A stretch of DNA of 64,000 bases from NCBI GenBank assembly GCA_964106645.2, contig OZ067038.1; one strand, 5' to 3'. Origin of the DNA: Podarcis pityusensis. Its lineage: Eukaryota. This document shows positions 13,276-25,800 of the stretch, in pieces; position 1 is the stretch's first letter; the number at the start of each line of letters is the position of its first letter. The translations under genes and the position numbers were made by a program. Under the pieces are notes generated by a model. It had not been told where the DNA came from. It saw only the letters and a list, made by a program, of their open reading frames with translations, and did not search any database.

Positions 13276-13500
13276 GCTTTCTAGGCACAGTTCCGATAGG
13301 TTTTTTTCTTTTGCAGCACCACTTTCCCTGGGAAAACCCGTTGTTTACTGGTGGATCGCTGTTTACAAACCTGAACTGGGTTTTCTGCGAATTGGTGTTT
13401 GTTCCGATTCAGCAGTAAACAGTGGGTTTTCCTGGGGAAAGTGGCAGGATGAAACCCTTTGGAACCCTTTGGAAACCCTTTGGACCCATGTCTAGAAAGC
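13276..13500. mobile_element. Possible MITE with imperfect TIRs
   Basis: Inverted ends gctttctaggcac / catgtctagaaagc, and an internal inverted pair tgtttactg...cagtaaaca. Confidence 0.4.
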
Positions 13501-15937
13501 AGGAATAAGCAGAAGAAAACATGGGACAAGTGTGGCTGAGCCCTCTCTCCCTGTGTGTGTGTGTTCCATTCCCTGTCTCCTCTGCTTGCCTTGGGGTTCC
13601 TTTGCCCTTTGTTGTTTTGACTGTGGCAAGTTTGGACAGTCTCTCCAGTGCTTGATCTCAACTGGGGTAAGGAGTCCAGTTCTGTCGATGCAGTTATTCT
13701 TCCCCAGTGGCGGCAACGGTTGGCTGGCTGCCTCTCTTCCTTCTCTTTCTTCACTTCTTCACTTCCTCCTCCTCCCCTTTATATTAAACATGCTTGTGCT
13801 GTTGTGCACTGATAGGAAAAGAAAACGTTATATTAAAAAGTGTGATGGAATGCGTCAAAGGAATTTTTAAAAATTATTTTAATTTCAGCATTTGCCTTTT
13901 AAAGCAATGGTGGGAGGAACCACACTGCAGGACCCATAGCTGCTTTGAGCACCATTTGGCAGAAAGCTGGGATACAGATTTAGCAAATAAATAAATAAAA
14001 TAAAAGAGTAGCCTGGCACTCATGGAAGGCAGTGCAACCAGGAAATGTTGGTACATCTCCACCCACAATAGCTCCTCTTAGCTGCTGTAATAAAGCTTTG
14101 CCACTTCCTGATGGATAGGAAATGTACTGCATTTTTTAAAAAAAAGTGCTATGAACCAAAGAAGGATGGAAGAACAACAGGAGAAGTATTGGATTGCAAC
14201 AGCTTGGCAGTGATGTTGTTTCAATTCTTTGTAATATCAATGAATGAGTGAATGAATGATGCAAATTTGAAAGAAAAGGGGCTGGTGTGAAAGCAAGCTG
14301 TTATTTGCCTCCACTAAGTTTATCACTTGGACAGCACCGTGTATGTTCAATATGGAATAAAATAAATTATGCACCCAGACAATTCAGATTGTGTGCCAAG
14401 AAATACTGAATTCTACAACCTAAATAATTTATGGTTAGGCTTGTCCACCTTTGGGCATTTTTAGCTGTTTATCCACTTTCCCTCCATTCGGTTTAGACCA
14501 GAATAGACCACATCTGCACGTATTTGAATTTGTATAGGAGGAACAGCTTCAGTCCTTCTTGCTCATAAAAGGCATTCCTTTTAGTGTTTCCCTGCCCCAG
14601 AATTGTGCAAAAGCACACAGCCAGGCACTTGTAGATTTGCTTGTGCAGCATTTTGTTTTTGTGCAAATCTGATATATGGCTATGCTCCTTTCACGCCTTT
14701 CTGTTGAAAAAAAGAAATGAAAGCAATTGTACATTCTCAGCACCGACTTTTCAGATTGCTGCCCAGGATATCTGATACAGAATTTTTTTAATGTGGTTTG
14801 CTTGTGCAGTTTTCTGTTTTTGTGCAAATCAGAGGGATTGGGGGGGAAAAAGAACCTCTATTCAGGAGCATACCAGTTATGAAGTGAAAGCATTGAAGAA
14901 GTAGTGGACATGAAAAGGGGAGCAGCAGAAAGTGACAATTGATTCACCCACCCCAAAGCACCAAAACAAATAACCTGCAACCCCAAATGGAGCAGTTTGA
15001 ACAAATCTGATTTCCTGCAATTTACCCATATTGGGTAAACCTGAAATTACTGGGGCATTTACATGGAAATGCAAAGAGCTGCAAACAGATGGTGAACTCC
15101 AGTGTGAACAAACCCCAAGTAGTACAAGCGTGCATTACTTCTCTTTATTTTGCATAATTTTCAGGCTCTACCCCTTTTTTTGAAGAATTTGATTTTGTTA
15201 ATAATGAGGAGGAAGAAGCAGTTATTGAAGGTTCTGATGTCTCATGCCCACCCCCTAGAAATCTTATTCAGCCACCATTCCAGCAGGCATTGATCACACA
15301 TTTCTAAGAGCAGCTATGTAAAATGAATTCTGGGATTTCTTTAAAGCACTCTGAAGCCTGCACTCAGTATGACATTCTGTGCCTTTTCTGTTTGTCCTTG
15401 TGACATGGGAGCATACACAGAGCATTGCTATGTAGGGGCTAATGCGCCTCCATGCATGGTACTAAGCTGGCCTTGCAAGTTGGGTTGGGAGCTTTCTTTC
15501 CCAGACAAAATTGGATGGCACTGGGAAGTGATTTTTATCAGGAGCTCAAGATCTCTACCAGTGTGCTGGGTTAGGGAGGCAGGGAGAACATGTGCTTGTG
15601 GAATTAAGGCATTCCCATGACATTCCATGTATGCATTTATTGTTCAGGAGTCCACCATGCTCCCCGTCCCACATGGAATGTTTTATAGAAGGTACTTTGA
15701 AATGCACACAGTCTCCTTGCAGCGCTTTCTGTAACTGCTCTGTGCTCACACAACTTCAAAACCTTAGAGAGGAGCAAAAGCAATGCATCTGGCTTTGCTC
15801 TATCTTGGGCTTTTCTTTTTTAACATAAGACATTTTTTAAAGCCTCAAGGCAGTTTAAGCATGAAAAAAATAATCTCCCCCCCTAGTCCCCCCCCCCCCA
15901 TCTTCACTTCATCCTCAAGCTTGTGAGGATTTTGATC

Positions 15938-17487
15938 ACACAGAGCCTAGGGCTTGCCGATCAGAAGGTTGGTGGTCCGGATATCCTTCGGCCAAATGGC
16001 CGAAATATTGGGAAATTTTGGAACAAGAAGGAGACAAATTGAAATTGCAGAGTTTCGAGAAACTAAAAAATAAAGTGAGAGATTGGCTTCATTATTACCA
16101 GATAATGGAGGCATATAATTTGGATAAGAAAATTGGCTTCCAGGTGGAAAAATCAAAATTAGAAACAGAACTGTTAGAACCCAAAACTAAAAATTTGTCA
16201 AGAATGTACAACTTGCTGTTGAAATGGAATATTCAGGATGAAACGGTGAAATCTGCTATGATTAAATGGGCACAAGATGTTGGACATACTATTATGTTTG
16301 CTGACTGGGAACAGTTATGGACCACAGGTATGAAGTTTACGGCATGTAATGCCTTAAGAGAGAATATTATGAAAATGATATACAGGTGGTACATGACCCC
16401 AGTCAAGCTTGCAAAAATCTATCATTTGCCCGATAATAAATGTTGGAAATGTAAAGAAACTGAAGGTACATTCTTTCACCTTTGGTGGACGTGCCCAAGG
16501 ATTAAGGCTTTCTGGGAGATGATTTATAATGAAATAAAAAAGGTATTTAAATATACCTTTCTGAAAAAACCAGAGGCCTTTCTTCTGGGCATTGTCGGCC
16601 AATTGGTGCCAAAGAAGGACAGAACTTTTTTTATGTATGCTACAACAGCAGCAAGAATACTCATTGCAAAATTTTGGAAGACACAAGATCTACCCACTCA
16701 GGAAGAATGGCAGATGAAGGTGATTGACTACATGGAATTGGCGGAAATGACTGGCAGAATCCGAGACCAGGGAGAAGAGTCGGTGAAAGAAGACTGGAAG
16801 AAATTTAAAGACTATTTACAGAAATATTGTAAAATTAAGGAATCTTAGAAGGATGTTGGATAGAAACTAAGTGGTTTCCAGCTGTAATGCTTTAAGAGAT
16901 ATGAAAAAATGTTTACAAATGGGTAAAAGCTTAATGCTAAGGATTTGCTGAACTAACAAATTGAACTGGAATACAAAAAAGGGAGGTATGAGGAGGTCCG
17001 GGGAAATGAGTGTAAGGAAGATAGGCTATGGAAAATTAACGTGTTTTTAACTGTTTTATTTTGTATGGTTTTTTTGTTTTTTTACTTTTTTGTTATATCT
17101 TAAAAACTTTATTCTCTTTTCTGTATTCTGTATTTTTTGAAACCTTAATAAATATCATATTTTTTTTTTAAAAAAAGAAGGTTGGTGGTCCGAAGCCCCT
17201 CGACGGGGTGAGCTCCCATTGCTCGGTCCCTGCTCCTGCCCACCTAGCAGTTCGAAAGCACGTCAAAGTGCAAGTAGATAAATGAGTACCGCTCCGGCGG
17301 GAAGGTAAATGGCGTTTCCGTGCGCTGCTCTGGTTTGCCAGAAGTGGCTTAGTCATGCTGGCCACATGACCCGGAAAAACTGTCTGCAGACAAACGTCGG
17401 CTCCCTCAGCCTGTAAAGCGAGATGAGCAACCCCAGAGTCGTCCGCGACCGGACCTAACGGTCAGGGGTCCCCTTACCTTTACCTTT
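15938..17487 (+). mobile_element. Sauria SINE (5'-truncated), split by an L1 insertion
   Basis: cacagagcctagggcttgccgatcagaagg at 15938-15979 continues at 17193 (aagcccctcgacggggtgagctccc...gcagttcgaaagcacg...) to an (ACCTTT)n tail. Confidence 0.9.
15980..17175 (+). mobile_element. 5'-truncated L1-clade LINE (ORF2 C-terminus, 3'UTR, poly-A tail)
   Basis: The uninterrupted ORF 16018-16848 contains YRWYMTPVKL and the CCHC knuckle CWKC-x7-H-x4-C. It is followed by a T-rich 3'UTR, aataaa and a T/A tail. TSD agaaggttggtggtccg at 15963-15979 and 17176-17192. Confidence 0.92.
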
Positions 17488-17624
17488 ATCATCTAGGTGA
17501 AGTTTGTTATTACATTCTCCTAGCCTTTCGGCTAAGATGAGCTGCGGTTTTGTAGGGCTGGACTGGGGGATGATGGTGGCTCTCAATATACTTTTGAACT
17601 CCTGTTTCCATTGAGCCCATGTGG

Positions 17625-17810
17625 AAGGGATGCAACTCAGGGACAGACTGTTTGCCTAACATGCAGAAGGTTCCAGGTTCATTCCCCCACATCTTTAGGT
17701 GGGATACTTATGCCTGAAATCCTGGAAAGCTGCTGCCAATCAGAACAGACGCTACTGAACTCGATGGACCCAGTGGGCCAAATCTGTATAAGACAGCGGT
17801 CTATATCCCT
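17625..17810 (+). mobile_element. tRNA-derived SINE (tRNA-Ala-like head), degenerate copy
   Basis: catgcagaaggttccaggttca head and cctggaaagctgctgccaatcag...ctcgatggacc body. Same family as 52985-53145 and 36325-36422. Confidence 0.65.
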
Positions 17811-19099
17811 AGCCAGTATTGCCAGGGGTTTGGGATGATAGGCTCTGAGGTTCAGCAACATCTGGAGGGCACCAGGTTGCCCACACCTCTTGTAGGAGAT
17901 AGAAAGCTGGACTTGGACCAGAGATGGCAGTGGTTTAAATCCTTACCTGGCTGCAAAGCCTGTCCATGTCTGCACAGCTGAGCAGTGGTGGCAGATTTCT
18001 AGTTAAAATATGTTCAGCTTCAACTCTCAACCACAGCTCTTATTAGAAGGGATAGGAAGCATAATAAAGTACTCACCTTTCTGCTCATTTTATGATGTGA
18101 ATTGATTGGGAAGAGCTTGTTATCATGATGCCAACTAGAGCAGTCTTTGGAACAAGGGGCTTCTCCATGCTTGTGTTCAATGTGGATAGTAAGCTTCCCG
18201 TAGCTCCTTTAAGCGTCCATTGTCCATTTTACGTTCTCCTCCAAATCACTGCCTTTCTACGCTTTTCCCTCTGTCAATCTAGATTTTCTTACACCAGGGA
18301 TATTCTGAAAAGGTTAGGGTATGAGGAAATCTGGATTGTGGGAGGGGGAAGTGTTGGAAGCAGTGATTTTGAGGGAGAATGTTATATGGACAGCAGAGAA
18401 TGAATGGAGGCACAGGAAGCTTGCTATCCATATTAAGTAACAGCATGAATGAGTCCATAGTCTTCCTCTTTCACTTGTTGCTGGTCTTACCTGAGTGGAG
18501 ACTGCTGGGGTTGGCTGCAGAGGGCAGTGAGCTCCACATTAGATGTGGATGCCAAAGAAGCCACAGTTCAAAAGCAGAGTGGGATGAGAGGCCCTTTGCT
18601 GAATCATGGTACAGTACTTTCAAATGTAACATTCCTTGTGAATTGGTTTGTTCCTTGTGAATTGGTTTGTCTTATTGGTTAGTTGAGCAGACTAGGACTT
18701 TAGTGGTTGGCCTGGAGCAATCCTACTTCCATGTCCTCAGTTCTTCTTCTGCAAAATAGGAACAAAATGGGCTCTTATGAGGACATGGATTGTAAGGACT
18801 TTCCCCAGCCTGAACAGCCAATATAATAAAATAATGACTTTGCTGCCTTGCTGTCCAGTGAGCTTTTGCAACAAGCATTTCAACAAAGCAAAGCAAGGTG
18901 AGATGAGAAAATTAGGCCAAGAACGCTCATCCTTTTGTTTCCTAAGCTGTTTTTTTTGGGACAGTGGGAGGAGGGAGGAACAATCCCCCCTTCTTTTCTT
19001 TTCCTGGTCCTGTTCCAAATCCATACAACCGTAAAGTGATGCTGCCTCCTAAGGAGGGGAGCATAGCCTGTACATTTTCAACATTCTTGCTGGAGTTAA

Positions 19100-19281
19100 C
19101 GACTTAGAAACATGACTCCCCAAAAGAGGGAGGGCTCGGCCCATTTGTGTGTGGGGTGTGTGTGTGTGTGTGTGTGTGTGTGAAGTTTAGTCACGAAAGG
19201 AGGGGTGGAAATAGGAAAAAAATGCACAGCCTCAGGGCTGTGGGCTGACAGCGCAGCGGGCTGGCAGGCAGCTCCCAAACA
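19100..19281 (+). promoter_or_regulatory. Promoter-like segment upstream of the candidate exon at 19282
   Basis: GC and CpG content are higher than the flanks (cagcgcagcggg, and ggagcgggctggcgcg just downstream), a (GT)n tract is present, and no transposon is recognisable. Confidence 0.4.
19156..19181. repeat. (GT)n microsatellite
   Basis: Directly visible. Confidence 0.95.
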
Positions 19282-19363
19282 ATGTGCTTAGTATTATCCC
19301 CAGGACTGGAGCTGTCGGAGCGGGCTGGCGCGTACCTGTGCAGCCTGGGCTATCTTTGGCTAG
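19282..19363 (+). CDS. TNS1: Candidate alternative first coding exon of TNS1 (MCLVLSPGLELSERAGAYLCSLGYLWL-G)
   Basis: acaATG start in a locally CpG-rich, promoter-like segment. The donor TAG|gtgcca is phase 1, in frame with the 38-bp C1 exon ~380 bp downstream, but is only moderately strong. Confidence 0.45.
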
Positions 19364-19744
19364 GTGCCAGCGTGCGGAGAGGGTTACTTCCCCCCTCCCT
19401 CTGCCTTCCCTCCCTCCTGCGTGTGGTGTGTAGCCTTTCTCCCCCTTCTCGCAGGAGTTGTTCAGAAAGCCTGGAAGCGGCTCCTTTTGTAGCACAGTCT
19501 AGGGTTGGGTGGAGTTTTTTTTGGTGATTTCCCCTCCCTCTTTTTTTTTTTTTTTTTTTTTGGAGGGGGGGATTTGCTCATCTGTTCTTTCTTGCCTTGC
19601 TTCCGTTTTTTCCCTGGGTGAGGCCCCTTTTCTTCCCCAGTTTCTTGAATGTTTCAGTTTGAAACGTAAGATTTCTTGTTTTTCATTTCTCTCTTCTTCC
19701 ACCCCTCCCCTCCCCTTCCCGCTCCTTTTCTGTTTCCCGTACAG

Positions 19745-19782
19745 GTTGCAAGCTCTCCTGTCACAAGAAATGTGAAGCCAAG
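19745..19782 (+). CDS. TNS1: Tensin-1 internal coding exon (38 bp), C-terminal half of the C1 zinc-finger domain
   Basis: A long polypyrimidine tract ends in ...tttcccgtacag and the donor is AAG|gtaaga. The exon is phase 1 in, phase 0 out, and reads (x)CKLSCHKKCEAK, fitting C1 spacing C-x4-H-x2-C. It resembles the tensin-1 (VCSFSCHRKCQAK) and tensin-2 (VCKVATHRKCEAK) segments as I recall them. Confidence 0.9.
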
Positions 19783-21920
19783 GTAAGAGAGCGCCTTGTT
19801 CCTACTCTCATTGTCTTACAACAACATTGCGGTTTGTGCTACCTTTTCCTTCTGTCTGATGTGAATCTTCTTTGAAAAGTCATTTGGATGAGGAACAGGG
19901 AACTTCTGTTGCTCTCCTTTTCCCTCTCCTTCTTTCTCTTTCTCTTTCTCTCGCCCTCCTGCTTCTGTACTTTGTTTATCTTTTTTGAAAAAGAAAATGC
20001 TGTGATTGTTCCTCAAGGTGAAATTTGCCAGGTTCCCACCAGGTCTGGAAGTTCTTATTGCAAACTCTTGGGGAGCACCTCTGCCCTGAATTGCTTGCAA
20101 AGAGAGGAGGGGACCTACCTTGATCTGCAATGTTTAATGTTTTGTTTTTTTTTGTTTTTTTTTGCAATAAGTCTTTTGAAAAAATTCTTCCCGGGCCAGC
20201 ATTATGGCGGTCTGCCTCATTCCCCCCCCCCTTTCTTTCTTTCCCCTCCTTCTTCTTTTCTTTCCCCAGAGGAGGATGCTATATTAGCAGGAAAGGTTTG
20301 CTAAAGCTCTCAAGGTGAACGATCTTTCCTCATCCACGGGCAAGGCTATAAAATAAATGCAACCACCTGAGTATTATTCTGTCCTTGCTAACTCACTTTA
20401 GGAGGTCGTATGCCCTTTGAAGCAGTCAAGGATGCCTGGGGCAGTTGAGTTGAGCTACAAAAGAATCTCTTCTTTTCATGCTCTGTGCTTTAATAAGATC
20501 CATTCAGTTTGGCTCTTGATGTTAAGAAATGCTTTATCGTTCTTACTGTGGTGCTGCGCCTCATGCCATCCTTGATGTATTATTCCCATTTAACAGACTG
20601 GGCTTACAGGCCACCGGATAGTGACTTGCTCAGGGCTGCCTAGTGAATCTGGGTCTAAAGTGGGGCTTAGATTGGAAAATCAGCCCACCCCTCTGTCTCT
20701 GTTGGATTGCATTGGTTCTTAGAAGCCAGGCAGACCTAGGCTCAGCGGTCCATGGATAACATTAGTGACCTCCACAAAGTAAAGAAACTGAAGTTCTTAT
20801 GCTGCTCTTCACAGGGGTGGCAACAGTCTAAGCTTAAGGCAAGATGGTGGTGACAGAATGGGGCAGTAATGCGCCACCAGAAGAAATGCTGCTGGCACAG
20901 ACATAACTTCTTCTCCCTTAAGTCGTCCATGAGCCCAGCCTACCATTGGCAACCACTTTCATTTGGGCTGGGTGCTTGCTTATTTTGTTCTGACAGATCT
21001 GAACAGGGCAGGTCTTTGTTGAAGGTAGATGGACTTAGCACTGCATTTCCTTCTTCATTACCCCATTGCTACCATCCTTTGCTCGCTTCAGTGGAACTTG
21101 CGCCAGTGGTGATGCATGAAGTTCCAGGTAGCACACCCCTACTAGGGATTTTTGCATGGTTGATTAGGAGGTAGTGGCAGCCGTGGTTCTTCCGCATGTT
21201 CCTCTGATGGACTGTACCCTTCCTGGCACATTCATTGCTGTGCAAGGGCCCGTTTGCCACATTGTCCTAACAACATTCTGGACTGTTTGGACCTGACCAT
21301 TTGTGTGGAGAGGGCACAAATATGCCAGTCAACTCCTCCAGCTGGCATGCCATCCCCATATGTCCAAATTATGGCCCACACTCAGTGCAAATTTGCATAG
21401 CTAGTTCTTGGATTTGCATAGCTAGTTCTTGAAATTGGACTGTATCCCCCCTTTTTTTGCCTATGCACATAGGCCAAAATTCATGTGCCAGCACGGCATG
21501 GACATTCAGGGACAGGGAAGGAGGGGATGATGTGCTGCTGCATGCAATGTTCCAGTTTATAACTGTGTGGCCTCAGTCTCATTTCTAGGTTCTGCCATTC
21601 AGATATGCTTCAGCATCTGTCTTAGCCTTTACACCTGGAGCTATTTAAGCAGAAGCTGGACAGTCTTCTGCTTAGGATGCTGCAGTTGCATTCTGCATTG
21701 CATAACTTGCATTCAGCAGAGTGCTGGGCTAAATGATCAGGGTACCAGCCCTGCAATTCAATGATTCTTTGATCTACCATGGTGAGGGCAAAGGCTCTGA
21801 CCTTCACCATTCACCATTTTTCATCTTCTTTTTAATAAATGTTCCTCCTGTTCTGTTCTGAAAGAATTGCCTCCTTGCCATGACCTTTTGATTTTTTTCT
21901 GTTTTCTTTAGACTGTAATA

Positions 21921-22056
21921 CAGGCTTCCTCAAACTTGGCCCTCCAGATGTTTTGAGACTACAGTTCCCATCATCCCTGACCACTGGTCCTGCTAGCTAG
22001 GGATCATGGGAGTTGTAGGCCAAAAACATCTGGAGGGCTGAGTTTGAGGAAGCCTG
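21921..22056. mobile_element. Palindromic hAT MITE
   Basis: TIR caggcttcctcaaact / agtttgaggaagcctg, near-complete fold-back, and an 8-bp TSD ctgtaata/ctctaata. Decayed relatives lie at ~31070-31200, ~34856-34975, ~46780-46915 and ~52100-52225. Confidence 0.85.
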
Positions 22057-22419
22057 CTCTAATAAGTCTGTTGGGCTATACACCTATCTGATGTATAGGA
22101 ACAGTAACATGTATATTGGCACTAATTCAGGGCTGCAAAGGGGAGGGAACCCTTGAGGGATTATTCCTGTTGTTGAATGGGATGCCTTGTGAAGATGGTC
22201 TGGGTCTTTATTCCTCTCCTACTTTGTAAGCTATATAAGTAGGTGGAGATGGAATTATGGAGAAAGAGAAAGACTTGTTGAGTCTTTCTCTCAAGGTGTT
22301 TGAAGGTGGGAATGAGAACAGATCCCAAATGAGAAGCATGAAATAAAAAGTACAATCATATTCTCCAAAGAAGCCAGTGGTGTGTTGGATCAGGATGGAG
22401 TATGTCCACAATGAACCAA

Positions 22420-22870
22420 ACTGCTGGACTGGATATGACATTAGTGAAAGTGGAGATAAGGATCTAGTGGCAGGATCCAGCCAATCAGGGGTCACAAACT
22501 TAGCCCAGGGAGAAAGAAGCAAGGTTCAGTAAAGGGCAGGCACATTGATTAAGGGTGTGGAGCAGCTCCCCTGTGAGGAAAGGTTAATATTTTTGTTTGA
22601 CTCCCACAAGAGGTAGTGAGAGCCACCAACTTGGGTGGCTTTAAAAGATGATTAGAGAAATTAATGGAGGATAAAGCTAGCAGTGTCTACTAGTCATGAT
22701 GGCTATCCTCTACTTCCATTGTTGGAGGCAGTATGCTTCTCAGTACCAGTTTCTGGGAATCAAAGGTGGTAAGAGTGCCATTGTACTCAGGTTCTTGTGG
22801 GTTTCTCATAGGCTTCTGATGGGTTGCTGTATTGAACTAGGTGGGCCATTGGCCTGCCCCTAAGAGGCTT
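22420..22870 (+). mobile_element. Degenerate CR1 LINE 3' fragment
   Basis: gattaagggtgtggagcagctcccctgtgaggaaaggtta and ggctttaaaagatgattagagaaattaatggaggataa are CR1-like. Similar tails occur at ~27030-27260 (-), ~42380-42600 (-) and ~45630-45775 (+). Confidence 0.65.
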
Positions 22871-25800
22871 TATAATGCGGTGAGTGTTGCAAGACCCAGT
22901 TATGCAAAATGGTCCTCATCTCAGTTTTGATGTGGCATAGTTCAATTTTAAAAGTTTATTACAACTTAACCAGAGTCAAGCAAATCATATGTGGCCATCA
23001 TGTAAACATTCATAGGGCTACAAGTCCTGTTTTGAGTATTAGTTTAAGGGCATCAAAACCAGAATTTGAACTGTGATGCAGAAATGCCTGTTTTATTTCA
23101 TCAGTAAATCAACTGCTAACTTAGATTTCATGCCAGAGACATTGGGTTTTAGATTGAATTGCAGTTGTATTTTTACCAATTCCAATTGGCTCATAAAAGT
23201 CTCACACATCTTGCACTCTCCCCAGTCTCTGTTCATATGACCCAAGTTCCCTGACAATGCCTTATCCCTTCTCAGTGCTGATGGTCACCCCATCACCCCA
23301 GAACCTTCCAAGTCAAAGTCATTGGCTCAGGCAACTTTTAGTCGAGAGGGCATTCTCAGCAGAGGTAATGCACTGAATCGCCAACCCTTTTCTCTCTGAT
23401 GAAATTGCAAGTCAGTAATACTTAGCAAAGTGATAGTCATATGCAGTGCCTTTATTGAGGTTGGTGGTGGTAAAAAATGATGTTCTGGTGCTCATATCTT
23501 GATAAAAGTGCCATGAGTGCCAGTGCAAAATGGATGCCATAGGCAGCAAAAAAAGCAAAGAAAAAAAAAGCTGATGATTACTCTATATCATTGAGTACCA
23601 TCACAAACTAAGAACTGGTCCTATGGGGAATGAGTCCATGTATGTGAAAAATCCATTTATGATTGTACAGTCTCATTAGAATTGTAAAGTTCCTGTATTT
23701 TTTATTATATACACTCACACAAAGATTAACTCAAAGGTGTAATGCACTAAATATTTCAGTCATTTGAATAAACAGCACAAATAGAATGAACAACAAATCA
23801 TCTTGAAAAACTCATTATTTTAAGTTTTGTCGTAACAAAACAAATAAAACACCACATCATAGCAAAGTGATTAATATTGTATTTTTGTGCTCAAAAACTC
23901 TATTAGGCCCTCCATGTTGATGCCCAGGGCAGTCTCTGATGTTTTTGAACTGGTTAGCTGTGTTGTATATTTTTTAAAAAGTGGCAGAATTACAGGTAAA
24001 CAGGACAGAATGCTGCAGTGTGCGGAGGTAAGGCCCGGGGTCAGGTGATATATGACATGGCATACAGCACGTATTAGGTGCATCTATGTCTGTGAGCAAA
24101 TATTGTTGTCATAAAGACAAGCAACATCTAGGTTTGGTGCTTTAGACTGGAGAAACATCACACAGTGTTTTACAAGGAGATTGTTTTTTTCAAAAACGAT
24201 TTATCAGATGAGTGGAAAGAAATATGAAAGCATTTAAAGAGTACAGCTCTGTTAGGTACGACATCTACCCAGCTCCCAAAGGCATCACGATAGCCGTATA
24301 AATAGATTAAACAGTTGAATTCCACGTGCAAGAGTTAGGAAAGATGACAAAGCTCTGCTGCTCCCTTGCATCTTCACCTAGAGTGGGGAGACTTGCTGAA
24401 ACAAGCCAAGGATATATGGTGGATTGGTGAGCAGTTATTTGAGTGTGTGCAGCATGAAGTTCAGCATGCACACTAAAACTGTCCTGCAAGCATGGCCAGC
24501 CCCTGTTGCTTGAAGAGTAGGCAGCCCTGTGCTTATGAAGAAAGGTGGGCACAGAGTTGGTCCTTCTGTTGAAGTGAATGCTGTGTCTGTTGGTGCAGGT
24601 GCTCTGTGAACTAGAGCTGTAGATTGGAGGCAGGAGTCACGCTGTGTGGCTCTTTGCATGTGAAGGATATTGCCCTCTGTATCTGAAACCACGTCATATA
24701 CTGGATTGTGCTCAACTGGCAGATGTCTTTTTACTGCTAAAACCAGTGCCTTGTTGTTGGTTCATATATATATGATCCTATATATGATGTTGGGCTGCCC
24801 AATCAAGTTTGGTACCATGATCCATGGGAACTTAACCCTTGGTGCTCCTGCACCAATGAAAGTGTCCCCTATCCCCCACTATTTGGCGCAAGAAAGAAGC
24901 TTTCAGTATGACACAGATATTTCAATCTCCTGTCTCACCTTTCTCTCTCTTTCTTTTTGACACAAAAATATAATGAACCGTCCAGCGGGTGCAGGTGGGA
25001 AGCATCATCATCATTGTCCTTCTCACTAACAGTGAACATGAGTGACTGAGTGCTGACAGTACCGTAGCCAAAATGTGGGCCAGTGAGAAAGAAGAGGGAG
25101 CTATCAGTATGCTTATGTGATCCCTGTGGTATGTTGAAGTACAGAACATTTTTAAAATCCCAAAGGGGATTTCCACCCCCACCCCAGGACCAGTAATTTC
25201 CTGGAACCATAGAATGTGGACTGGAGGAAAAAATGGAAGACCAAAGGCAGCAGAGCGTGTTAGCCTTTCAGCTTCTAGGATCTTGGAGGAAGGTGTAGCT
25301 GACTGGCTTGAACTCTCAACAACAGCACCATTTTGTTGCAGGTCACACATGATGTGCAAGACTTGAAAAGTATGCTTCATGAGGCAGCAAGGAATGTTTC
25401 TTTGGGACACGAGGGCATTGTATGCACCATACATTAAAGGCAGGTTTAAAGCGCATTTAAAAACATCACTTTCCACAAAGAATCCTAGGAGCTGTAATTT
25501 GTTAAGGGTGCTGGAAATTGTAGCACTGTGAGGGTTAAGCGACATTTACCGGGATTCCTTGGGGGGATGTCTTGTGCTTTAAAGGTATGGTGTATACACA
25601 GCCTGGCATTATGCTTAAGGAAGCTGAGGTAAGCACAGTCTTGTTCCCATTGAAGCATTCATCTTGGGCTTTAGAAGTCACAGGTAGTGTTATCTCCGCT
25701 GTATATATTGCCATTGTTCCTCTCAGCATTATCAACTGTGAATTTGAAGGTGGAACTGTTGCATAATGCAAAGTTGGCAATGAACTCAAAAACACGGTCT

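Noticed and set aside
13532-13870. Cys-rich ORF with donor GGG|gtaagg at 13667
   Set aside because: There is no in-frame ATG before the donor, and it is phase 0, which is incompatible with the phase-1 C1 exon. The Cys content comes from TG-rich low-complexity sequence.
16018-16848. 276-aa ORF as a host gene
   Set aside because: It is the ORF2 C-terminus of a truncated L1 bounded by a TSD.
18632-18670. Short tandem duplications (also ~21391-21431, ~43030-43057, and 1-22 vs 39-60) as CRISPR-like or regulatory arrays
   Set aside because: These are two-copy slippage duplications with no repeat-spacer array, ordinary for vertebrate introns.
1-19744. Upstream C1 exon (H-x-F-K...C-x2-C) of TNS1
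   Set aside because: Not found by eye. The EAPK-like stretch at ~5106 has no continuing frame. The exon probably lies upstream of the window, though I may have missed it.
24922-25545. 207-aa minus-strand ORF
   Set aside because: It has a non-ATG start inside a repeat, no recognisable domain and no supporting splice structure. It is likely a chance ORF.
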